Origin: an uncultured bacterium
Lineage (GTDB): Bacteria; JAGOEH01
Assembly: GCA_964632485.1 (NCBI GenBank)
Contig: CAZWDO010000023.1
Location: 1-57,855 of the forward strand
DNA: 57,855 nt
Direction of reading: 5' to 3'
The position numbers and the translations under genes are program-made. This document shows, in pieces, positions 41,226-49,889 of the stretch. Under the pieces are notes generated by a model, which saw nothing but the letters and a program-made list of their open reading frames with translations, was not told where the DNA came from and did no database searches. The first letter of the stretch is position 1. Every line of letters starts with the position of its first letter.

Positions 41226-44200
41226 ATGACCCTTTCAACTGACAGTCAATTCACTCGAACAGAGCTCCACCGGGGCATGAGCCATCAGGTTTTTCGGATT
41301 GTGACCCAACAGGATGGCGCCGTGATTGTTAAACAGGCCATCGATGATGGCGCTTCCATCTCCAGACTGCGCCATGAGCAAGAGATTTTGGCGCGCTTGC
41401 AGGGAGTTACCGGTTGTCCCAGCTTGGTGCGCTATGACCCGGCGAACCGAAAATTGGTGATGGCGGATTTCGGCGGTGTCACGCTGAGTCAGTCCCACCT
41501 CGCAGGCCGGATGAACATAGAGCAGTTTCTATCCCTGTCCGAGGCGCTGGCGCTTATAGTGGCAGCCATCCATGCGCGCGGCGTCATCCATAAGGATCTC
41601 AATCCCGGCAACATTTTGGTCCGGCTGGACGATCTGCAACCACAGGTCATCGACTTTGATCTGGCAACGACCTTTGCTAAGGAAATGCCTGGATTTGAGC
41701 ATCCCGTCCACATGCAGGGTACGCCGGCGTACATGTCACCGGAGCAGACGGGACGGATGAACCGACCGGTCGACTACCGCGCGGATCTCTACTCTCTGGG
41801 CGCAACCCTGTATGAATTGGCCACCGGCGTACCGCAATTCGAAGAGACAGACACTCTCAGTCTGATGCATGCGCACCTGGCCCGGTCGCCGCGCCCGCCG
41901 TTTGAAATGGCGCCCTGGTTACCGCAGCGCTTGTCTGAGCTTATTCTGACGCTGTTGGCCAAAGAACCGGATGACCGCTATCAGAGCGCGGCTGGGTTAG
42001 CTTTTGATATACGGCGATTACGCGATGCCCTTGGTAACCATGAGTCGTTGGAGCAGGTTCAGCTCAGACTGAATGATATCCCTCTGGCGCCACGCCTGCC
42101 GCACCGTCTGTATGGGCGAGACCGCGAATTGGAAACGCTCCTCGGGGCTTTTGCGAGTGTGACCCAGGGCGGCTCACAGAATCTGTTTGTGGCAGGGTAT
42201 GCCGGGATTGGCAAAACGGCGCTGATTAACGAGATTCACCGCCCGGTCACCCTGGGTCGTGGTCTGTTTGTCAGCGGCAAGTTCGACCAATTCCAGCGCA
42301 ACCGGCCATTTCTAGCGCCAGCCCAGAGCTTGAACCAGTTGTGCCAATTGTTGTTGTCCGAATCCGAGGAAGTGGCGGCGCAGTGGCGTGAACGGATTTT
42401 GGCGGGCCTGGGCCAGGACGCAGGGGCGCTGTTCGGGGCTGTGCCCGACCTGGAACTGCTGCTCGGTCCCCAGCCCGATGCCCCGGAACTCGGCCCACAT
42501 GAAACCCAAATCCGGCTGCGCTCACTTTTGGTCGCGTTCGTGCGACAGGTGGCGGCGCCCGACCATCCGCTGGTACTGTTTCTGGATGACCTGCAGTGGG
42601 CTGACCAACCATCGCTGGAGTTTGTCAGTGCGCTGCTGGGGGAGACCTTTCTCAATGGGTTGCTGCTGATCGGCGCCTACCGCGACAATGAGGTGGATGC
42701 TTCTCATCCCCTCTACCGGTTGCTGCAACAGCCTGTTTTCTCGGGAGAACCCGTCCATCTGCTGACCCTTTCCAATCTGTCGGTTGATCAGATTGCCTTT
42801 CTGCTGGCCGATATGTTACACATGCCGCCTGATATCGTGCAGACTCTGGCGGCAGCGCTCCATGCCAAAACAAGCGGTAATCCGTTTTTTACTGTTGAAT
42901 TTCTCAATTTGCTCTATCGTGAAGGCGTGTTGTATCTTGATCTACCGCAAGGTACCTGGAGTTGGGATATTGAAGCGATTTTTTCGCACCCGGCCAGCGC
43001 CAATGTCGTGGACTTTTTGACAGCCCAACTGGCGGTACTGGCATCAGATACCGCTGGGGCATTGACCGTCGCGGCCTGTTTGGGAAACGAATGCCAATTG
43101 GGAAGGCTGGCGCTGGCATCCGGCGCTGTTCCTGGCGACCTGGTTGGTTGGCTGACTCCCGCCCTGGAGCGGGGCATCCTGGACACGCCCAATACACTGG
43201 CCTTCAATCAGGCGGAAGTTAACGTCCGGCTCAGGTTTTGTCATGACCGGATGCAACAGGCGGCCTATCATCTCTGCGATGATGGCGCGCGGGCTAAGCT
43301 GCATCTTTCCATCGCCCGGCGGTTGTTCCAGGCGGGCATCGATCCTGCTGATCCATTCAGCGTCGCCGGGCATTACGCCGCTGCGGCGCAGCTTATTGTC
43401 GAAACCGACGAACAGGCGCTGGCCCGCGCGTTATTTCTCAAGGCAGCGATCCAGTCCAACCATGTGGGCGCCTTTACCGCAGCGGAACGCTTGCTGCGCC
43501 TGGGGATGAGTTTGCTGGCGACAGATGCATGGACCACCGCCTTTGATGAGTCGTTCGCTTTCAATACTGAACTGCACTTGACGCTCTATCGACAGGCGCG
43601 CTTTTCCGAAGCGGATGAGGTCTATGCCCGGCTGGAAGCCCGGACGGAGGCGCCGGAGCGCCTGGTCGAAGCCACATGCCTGCAGATGAAGAGCCTCGCT
43701 GCCCGTACGGAGTACGATGCGGCGGTTCGGCTGGGTAGCGTCTTGTTGGAGCGGCTCGGTGTGACGGTTCCCCTGGCAGACCCCTCTGTCAGTCTAAGCC
43801 TCGATATGGAGCAGTTATACCGGATCGCCGAATCTGAAACAGAAACCTTTCTCCCGGATCGAATGGCGCCATCTGACCCGCGGCTGATCGGCACGGTCAG
43901 ACTGTTAGAGAGCGTGGCGTCAGCGGCCTCGCACTCCCAGCCATTGATCACTGGTTGGGTATCAGCGCGCTTTGCGCTCCAGTGGACCGAGACCGGCTAT
44001 CTGAATGATTATCTGACCATGATCACCGCGCTTATCATCACCACCATCGCATTACGTGGTGATTTTCACCTCGGTTATCGCGTCGCCCAGCGGGCGCTGG
44101 CGATGGGACTGGCGCACGAGCATGGCAATCAAACCGCCATTGTCCAACACCTCTACGCAATTTTCGTCAACCACTGGTTCAATCCGCTGGAAACGACACT

Positions 44201-46178
44201 GGGGTATGCCCGGGCGGCTTTCAATGGACTACTGCGCTGCGGTGACCTGGACTACGCGTGCATGAGCCTGGTATCGCCCATGACGGTCGTCTTTGAGACC
44301 GGCGCTCAACTTACGCAGATACAGCCGGAAGTCGCTGCGGCTCTAACCTTCGCCCGCAAGACCGGAAACCGGCACGCTGAACAAATTTATCTGCCCTATC
44401 AGCAGGTGGCGCATACCCTGGAGGGTGGCGCAATTTCGTCAGGTAGCTTCGATGACGATGATTTTCGGGAGCAGGATTTTTTGGAGGCCACTCAGGGAAA
44501 CCCTCAGGCCGGGTGCATGTTCCATGTCTTTCGGGCATTATCAGCAGCGATCTACCAGGATGACGTCACCCTGATCCGGGAGGCCGAGGCGGCAGTGAAT
44601 CTGACACCTTATGTTCTTGGCGTTTACATCACGGTTCAGGCCAATGCGCTGCATTCGCTTGCGCTGATCCAGCAAATTCGAACTGCCTCTGAATCCGGCC
44701 GTTCGGCGCTGCGGGAATGTCTGGAGCGCAACCAGGCTTGGTTGGCGGCGCGCGCCGCGGATGCGCCCATGAACTTTGGGCATCTCCACGAGTGGATTGC
44801 AGCAGAGTATCTGGATGCGTTTGATCAACCCTGGGAGGCGCTCCAGGGATTCGAACAGTCCATGCGTCATGCGCAGGGCAACCAGCGCCCCTGGCATTAC
44901 GCGCTCATTACCGAGCGCGCCGGGCAGGCCTATGCGCGGCGCGGGCTGGAACAAGCGAGCCGCTATCTGCTGTCGCGCGCTTGTCAGCTCTATCAGCAAT
45001 GGGGCGCTATCGGCAAGGTGCGGGCGATGCAGCGTGCGCTGCACTTTCTGGAAGTCAACCTGTTCAGGAGTTCGACCAGCAGCCAGGGGGATTCCATGGA
45101 CCATGAGGCGCTTCTGCGTGCTTCGCAGACCCTGGCCTCCGAGATTTCCAAACCGCGCCTGGTAGCGCGTGTGGTAGAACTGGTGGGACAGCTCACCGGC
45201 GCAACAGATACCCGTCTGCTATTGCTGGATGAGAACGATCAATGGCAGTTGGAGGGCGGGGTGCGGGACCAGGAACTATTGGACCATATACCGCTGGCAG
45301 ATGCCCGGGAACGACGGCTTGTTGCAGCCAGCGTCCTGCAATTGGGATTAAAAACCATGAAGCCGATCGTCTCCGATGACGCGGCGGTGGACAGCCGCTT
45401 TGCCGGCGACCCGCACTTTGCAGGGATGCCAATGTGTTCACTGCTGGCCGTGCCGGTGCTGGCGCGCGGTCGCGTCATCGCTTTCCTGACCCTGGAGAAC
45501 CGGTTAGCCCGGGCTGCCTTTACAGAAAGCCGCGTCGAGATGATTTCTCTGCTCTGTAGACAGTTGGCCGTTTCTCTTGAAAATACTCAGCTATACCAGT
45601 CGTTGGAGCGTAAGGTCGCCGAGCGCACTGCTGCGCTCTCCACGGCGAACGATCAGCTACAGCAGTTGAGCGAACGCGACGGGTTGACCAATGTGGCCAA
45701 TCGGCGCAAGTTTGATGCGGCTTATGAGATGGAGTGGCGGCGTGGTGTACGGACACGACAATCACTGGCAATACTTATGATAGATATTGACCGGTTTAAG
45801 CTCTATAACGATCACTATGGTCATCAGGTGGGTGACCGTTGTCTGCAGACCGTGGCGGCTGTTATCCAGGCTTCTGCGCAACGATCCGGCGAACTGGTGG
45901 CGCGCTACGGCGGGGAGGAATTTGTAGCTATTCTGCCTGGTCTGAATACCCAGTCTGCCAGTGAAGTAGCCGAGAAGATGCGCGCCACAGTTGAAGCGCA
46001 GCTCCTTGAACATGCATGTAACACACCTTCGCTTGTGGTCACCATCAGCGTCGGCGTTGCCGCCTGCATTCCGGAGAAAGCAGACCATCCGGGCGGATTG
46101 ATCGCTCAAGCTGATGCCTGTCTTTACCGCGCGAAAAACTCAGGACGCAATCAGGTCATCTGGCAACTGGATTGTTGA
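41226..46178 (+). CDS. Ser/Thr kinase-AAA ATPase-GAF-GGDEF diguanylate cyclase
   Basis: IHKDLNPGN, GTPAYMSPEQTG, Walker A GYAGIGKT, LFLDDLQW, GAF, ARYGGEEF; visibly GC-richer than flanks. Confidence 0.92.
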   Translation: MTLSTDSQFTRTELHRGMSHQVFRIVTQQDGAVIVKQAIDDGASISRLRHEQEILARLQGVTGCPSLVRYDPANRKLVMADFGGVTLSQSHLAGRMNIEQFLSLSEALALIVAAIHARGVIHKDLNPGNILVRLDDLQPQVIDFDLATTFAKEMPGFEHPVHMQGTPAYMSPEQTGRMNRPVDYRADLYSLGATLYELATGVPQFEETDTLSLMHAHLARSPRPPFEMAPWLPQRLSELILTLLAKEPDDRYQSAAGLAFDIRRLRDALGNHESLEQVQLRLNDIPLAPRLPHRLYGRDRELETLLGAFASVTQGGSQNLFVAGYAGIGKTALINEIHRPVTLGRGLFVSGKFDQFQRNRPFLAPAQSLNQLCQLLLSESEEVAAQWRERILAGLGQDAGALFGAVPDLELLLGPQPDAPELGPHETQIRLRSLLVAFVRQVAAPDHPLVLFLDDLQWADQPSLEFVSALLGETFLNGLLLIGAYRDNEVDASHPLYRLLQQPVFSGEPVHLLTLSNLSVDQIAFLLADMLHMPPDIVQTLAAALHAKTSGNPFFTVEFLNLLYREGVLYLDLPQGTWSWDIEAIFSHPASANVVDFLTAQLAVLASDTAGALTVAACLGNECQLGRLALASGAVPGDLVGWLTPALERGILDTPNTLAFNQAEVNVRLRFCHDRMQQAAYHLCDDGARAKLHLSIARRLFQAGIDPADPFSVAGHYAAAAQLIVETDEQALARALFLKAAIQSNHVGAFTAAERLLRLGMSLLATDAWTTAFDESFAFNTELHLTLYRQARFSEADEVYARLEARTEAPERLVEATCLQMKSLAARTEYDAAVRLGSVLLERLGVTVPLADPSVSLSLDMEQLYRIAESETETFLPDRMAPSDPRLIGTVRLLESVASAASHSQPLITGWVSARFALQWTETGYLNDYLTMITALIITTIALRGDFHLGYRVAQRALAMGLAHEHGNQTAIVQHLYAIFVNHWFNPLETTLGYARAAFNGLLRCGDLDYACMSLVSPMTVVFETGAQLTQIQPEVAAALTFARKTGNRHAEQIYLPYQQVAHTLEGGAISSGSFDDDDFREQDFLEATQGNPQAGCMFHVFRALSAAIYQDDVTLIREAEAAVNLTPYVLGVYITVQANALHSLALIQQIRTASESGRSALRECLERNQAWLAARAADAPMNFGHLHEWIAAEYLDAFDQPWEALQGFEQSMRHAQGNQRPWHYALITERAGQAYARRGLEQASRYLLSRACQLYQQWGAIGKVRAMQRALHFLEVNLFRSSTSSQGDSMDHEALLRASQTLASEISKPRLVARVVELVGQLTGATDTRLLLLDENDQWQLEGGVRDQELLDHIPLADARERRLVAASVLQLGLKTMKPIVSDDAAVDSRFAGDPHFAGMPMCSLLAVPVLARGRVIAFLTLENRLARAAFTESRVEMISLLCRQLAVSLENTQLYQSLERKVAERTAALSTANDQLQQLSERDGLTNVANRRKFDAAYEMEWRRGVRTRQSLAILMIDIDRFKLYNDHYGHQVGDRCLQTVAAVIQASAQRSGELVARYGGEEFVAILPGLNTQSASEVAEKMRATVEAQLLEHACNTPSLVVTISVGVAACIPEKADHPGGLIAQADACLYRAKNSGRNQVIWQLDC

Positions 46179-46470
46179 CAGACGATAGGCACTCTATCGA
46201 CAAAAGAATGATAGCATCTGTCATTTCTGGAATTTTGCGGTTTTACAATGGGATTCAGGTTTTGCCATAAATTGCAACTGGTTCTACCGATCTGACGGCT
46301 ATCCCATTAATTCTATAACAACGCCGACATCTCATAAAATAAATCTGTCCGAATTTTATAGTCAATATCTCGGTTTGGGGAAATCCGAAAAAAGAGAAAA
46401 CATATAATCATGCAGCTTATGGTTTTGATGCAAATAAAAACAATATTCTTATGAGTTTATTTACTTTGTA

Positions 46471-46584
46471 TTTAAAAAATTAGAGAAATGAAACAAAAAT
46501 AGTTCCCAAATCCACACCCTTGAAAAACTACGGAATACATTGTTGCCGAAGTTGATGAGCGGAGAAGTGAGGATAAGTTCCTGA
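46471..46584 (+). pseudogene. hsdS: 3' remnant of type I R-M specificity subunit
   Basis: FKKLEK*NKNSSQIHTLEKLRNTLLPKLMSGEVRISS*; LR.TLLPKLMSGE is the characteristic HsdS C-terminus. Confidence 0.8.
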
Positions 46585-47444
46585 GCAAATTTACACTTAG
46601 TAATATAGACACCTCTTTTGAAAGTTATCAACAGATTATCAATCTATACAACGAAAATAAAGACCGTGTGTTTGATAACATTGAAGTTTATTTTCGTCAA
46701 TGGTTTACAGCTAATTTATGCGCTCCACTTGGAGGCATTTTGGATCAGTTGATACAGGGTTTGAATACGATTTATATCAGTTCAATTCCAACTAATATAC
46801 AAACCATTCTTCAAAAAAATAATTTTCTGTCTTATTTCGGATACGATAGTGAATTGGATATAAACCGTACCACTATAAAATATCTAAAACTTAAACCCAC
46901 AGATAGCAGGTTTTTTCATAGGTATGTAGTGGAAGAACTATTGAATCGTCCTGAATTACCTTTAATGTCATCTCCATTAAAGAAAAAAATCACCGAATCT
47001 ATCTATGAAATTTTTGTTAATGCTCAAATCCATAGCGAGACAGGTTTTATTTATACTTGCGGGCAATTCTTTCCCAAAAAACATACGATTGAATTTACCG
47101 TTACTGATGTTGGAATTGGGTTTAAAAAGCGGGTCAATAACAGATTTGCCAGCAATCTTTCTTCGGTACAGGCTATACGATGGGCGATAAAAGACGGAAA
47201 TTCTACCAAACAGGGTATTTCTGGCGGTATTGGTTTAGCTATCCTCAGAGAATTTATTATCAAAAATAGTGGTAAAATTCAAATTATCAGTGACGATGGA
47301 TTTTATCAGCTTGATTCCGAAGGAGAACAAACAAGATTATTTTTGGGTTCTTTCCCCGGAACAATTATCAATATGCAATTTAGAACAGATGATACGGCAT
47401 CCTATTTTCTGAATAGTGAAAATATGCCGGATGATATTTTTTAG
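46581..47444 (+). CDS. GHKL/HATPase_c ATPase or anti-sigma-like kinase; probable CTG start at 46581 (track start 46668)
   Basis: N-box EIFVNAQIHS, DVGIG, GGIGL, FPGT; no HisKA H-box; frame open from 46524. Confidence 0.85.
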   Translation: MSKFTLSNIDTSFESYQQIINLYNENKDRVFDNIEVYFRQWFTANLCAPLGGILDQLIQGLNTIYISSIPTNIQTILQKNNFLSYFGYDSELDINRTTIKYLKLKPTDSRFFHRYVVEELLNRPELPLMSSPLKKKITESIYEIFVNAQIHSETGFIYTCGQFFPKKHTIEFTVTDVGIGFKKRVNNRFASNLSSVQAIRWAIKDGNSTKQGISGGIGLAILREFIIKNSGKIQIISDDGFYQLDSEGEQTRLFLGSFPGTIINMQFRTDDTASYFLNSENMPDDIF

Positions 47445-47458
47445 AGAGGAGTTTTACA

Positions 47459-47806
47459 ATGCAAGAAATTAATATCAGCGTATTTAATACAGTAGGTAAT
47501 CGTTTTTGTGTTGAGTCTGACGATGGACAAAACGTTTACAATTTAATTCAGAAAGCCCTTCAGGAAGGGAAAAAAGTCAAACTCTCTTTTCAGAATATAG
47601 AGATGTTGACATCTGCCTTTTTGAATACCGCCATCGGGCAGCTTTATCGGGATTTTTCCGAGGATAAAATTAAAAACAGTTTAACGGTAGAATATTTATC
47701 ACCCGAAGATAAAGTTTTATTCAAAAGGGTAACCACAACCGCTAAACTTTACTATAAAGACCCGGAAAGAATGCAGAATTCCATTAAAGAAATTTTAGGA
47801 GAATAA
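47459..47806 (+). CDS. STAS-like (DUF4325) protein
   Basis: DGQNVY...VKLSFQNIEMLTSAFLNTAIGQLY; GAGGAG RBS. Confidence 0.85.
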   Translation: MQEINISVFNTVGNRFCVESDDGQNVYNLIQKALQEGKKVKLSFQNIEMLTSAFLNTAIGQLYRDFSEDKIKNSLTVEYLSPEDKVLFKRVTTTAKLYYKDPERMQNSIKEILGE

Positions 47807-47808
47807 TC

Positions 47809-48354
47809 ATGGCAAAACGTTATAATCTGACTGAAATATTTCGGTTGAGTAAAAAACGTATTTTCTTTGATGCCAACATTCTGATTTATCTTTTTTGGCC
47901 CACCAATAGTTCCTGGGAAAGGCAATATTCAACCATTTACAATCGCCTTCTACAACAAAAAAATGATATGGTTGTAGATTTCATCGTTATTTCTGAAGTG
48001 ATTAATCGAGCAATCAGATTTGAATATGATAATTATTGTGAGCAGAATAACATTCCCAAAGATGATTTACCATTCAAGGCATATCGGGATAATCAGGAGG
48101 GGCAGGAAGCTTTAGACGATATTTATCAGATAGTAAAAAGAAAAATTGTTAATAAATTTACGATTGCTGGTAAATCATTCACTAAAACAGATATTGAAGG
48201 TTTTCTGCAAAATGATGGTTTAGATTTTTCCGATAAAGGCATTGCTGCTCTTTGTAAAGAAAATGATTTTGTTCTTCTGACCAACGATAAAGATTTTGCA
48301 ACTGTCAATGTGGAACTTTTAACATCCAACCCGGTGTTATTGATAACGCCATGA
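47809..48354 (+). CDS. PIN-domain ribonuclease
   Basis: FFDANILIY, VISEVIN, LDFSD, LTNDKDF: full acidic active-site set. Confidence 0.88.
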   Translation: MAKRYNLTEIFRLSKKRIFFDANILIYLFWPTNSSWERQYSTIYNRLLQQKNDMVVDFIVISEVINRAIRFEYDNYCEQNNIPKDDLPFKAYRDNQEGQEALDDIYQIVKRKIVNKFTIAGKSFTKTDIEGFLQNDGLDFSDKGIAALCKENDFVLLTNDKDFATVNVELLTSNPVLLITP

Positions 48355-48495
48355 TAAAAACATCGATCCGCTATCGAAAATTTGTATGCAATAGAACTGC
48401 TGGAAAAAAATGGGCGATGGATACGTTTACACACCAGATATCGCCCCAGATAGCGAACCACCCGTGCGTCAATCCTTTGAAGATATTCTGTACAA
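48351..48495 (+). pseudogene. hsdR: 5' remnant of type I restriction subunit R (frameshifted)
   Basis: ATGA overlap with the PIN stop; SAIENLYAIELLEK, shift in the A7 run at 48404-48410, then MGDGYVYTPDIAPDSEPPVRQSFEDILY. Confidence 0.75.
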
Positions 48496-48542
48496 ACTTC
48501 ATAAGTTCTGGTTACCGGGGGAATATTGGTGATCCCGCCAAT

Positions 48543-48588
48543 AAAAGGTTAACTGGGGCTACCGGATGAGCCCCGGTTAACCTTTTTT
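48543..48588. terminator. Probable bidirectional intrinsic terminator
   Basis: AAAAGGTTAACTGGGGCT-8 nt-AGCCCCGGTTAACCTTTT(TT); 18-bp stem with one G-U pair. Confidence 0.75.
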
Positions 48589-48591
48589 GCC

Positions 48592-48696
48592 CGTGACTAT
48601 AGTTTTGGCTTTACTATTGTTGTTCTAACCAACGTTGATCACCCTTTAGTCGCTGAGATAGGAAACGAAATTCTCAAGATACTTGGGTTAGAATAG
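48592..48696 (+). pseudogene. C-terminal scrap resembling a serine hydrolase (beta-lactamase-related)
   Basis: FGFTIVVLTNVDHPLVAEIGNEILKILGLE*. Confidence 0.4.
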
Positions 48697-48729
48697 CATT
48701 TGCAGCTTTAAACAAAAAGCTTGATCAAA

Positions 48730-48820
48730 ATGAAAAAATATTTCTTCCTGTTTTGTATTTTTATCATTACTTCTTATTCAATTGTTGCCCAGTAACTATT
48801 TGATGCAATCCGAAATATAG
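48730..48820 (+). pseudogene. 5' scrap of a secreted (ankyrin-like?) protein
   Basis: MKKYFFLFCIFIITSYSIVAQ*LFDAIRN: signal peptide followed by an in-frame stop. Confidence 0.35.
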
Positions 48821-48990
48821 TTTTTCATTATTTTACTCGTATAGAAGATAAAGAAAGTAAAATCGTAATAATCATCCAACAACTGCTTCAACCTGATATT
48901 CTCTTTGTCACATTTTGCGCTGTCGCATCGCTCTAGTTGCCCATCAGCTTACCCGTGACGATCAGGGAACGTAGTCAGGAGATTACTTCT

Positions 48991-49545
48991 GATGAAGTTG
49001 CAACGGAAAAGCGCGGGTGCCAGAGGAAGTCGATCTAGGTAAAGCATCCTCTTGGACCCCCCGCAAAAAATCCGTATTGGGTGCGGCTTTTTTGTTCACT
49101 TCATCGGGATTCCGATGATCTTTCATAGTCGAGAGTTTCTCGAAGACGACTGGTTTAGCGACGATGCCCGGTTAGACTGGTCGAAGAAAGGACGCTTCGC
49201 GGGCATTTTTCGATTGTACCAGTATCTGATCCGCTTAAGGCTAAATCGCGAAGGACGCGCTCTGAAACTCTGCGGACAAGAACTCAGCCTATAGTATGTA
49301 AACCATGAGAGCAAGATTGTGGCTTATCACCGATGGTAACTTGTTGGACCAGCTAAGCGTTATCACGTTGGCCAATCTCTCCGCGCAACCTCAGCGGGGC
49401 TTTAATATTGGATTCCAGTCAAAAGGGGGAAGGTTTGCGATGGCTAACTTCGTTCTGGGCGTCTCTTCAGGCTTTAATATTGGATTCCCGTCAAAAGTGG
49501 GATGGTTTGCGCGGTTCAACAGCGATAGCAAGAACTATGACAACT
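48991..49545 (+). pseudogene. Eroded C-terminal part of a GH13 alpha-amylase/branching-enzyme gene
   Basis: Pieced across frames: DEVA-NGKARVPEE, GIPMIF..EFLEDDWF..LDWSK, LIRLR, KIVAYHRW, IGFP..GWFARFNSD. Confidence 0.75.
49398..49511 (+). repeat. 42-bp direct repeat x2 (period 72)
   Basis: 49398-49439 vs 49470-49511, 3 mismatches. Confidence 0.85.
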
Positions 49546-49583
49546 GGGTCTTAATGGTTATTTTCAAAAGAAAGGATCAATGA

Positions 49584-49889
49584 ATGATGACCAATGTTTT
49601 AACTGTAGAAATGGTGGATGATGCCGGGCGCTTTAAGCAGCGTCTGGGCATTTTTTTATGTGTGTTTTACGCTCTGGTCTATGCAGGCTTTGTCGTCATC
49701 TCTGTTTATGACGTAACTCTCATGGATACGATCATGCCTTTCGGATTGAATCTGGCAGCTTTTTACGGGCTGGGGCTGATTGTGTTTGCTTTGTTACTGG
49801 CTATGTTGTATAGCAGGGCTTGTACGTTAAAGGAAAGAAGTGTCTGCCCGAAAGCGGATGTTATCACTAAGGAGGGAATTGACGCATGA
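49584..49889 (+). CDS. DUF485 (YjcH-like) small membrane protein
   Basis: RLGIFLCVFYALVYAGFV...GLNLA..YGLGLI; usual partner upstream of actP. Confidence 0.8.
   Translation: MMTNVLTVEMVDDAGRFKQRLGIFLCVFYALVYAGFVVISVYDVTLMDTIMPFGLNLAAFYGLGLIVFALLLAMLYSRACTLKERSVCPKADVITKEGIDA

Noticed and set aside
49398-49511. Two 42-bp repeats with a 30-nt spacer, resembling a mini CRISPR
   Set aside because: Only two copies, no cas genes, and the unit encodes GH13 sequence (GFNIGF), so it is a 72-bp tandem duplication inside a pseudogene.
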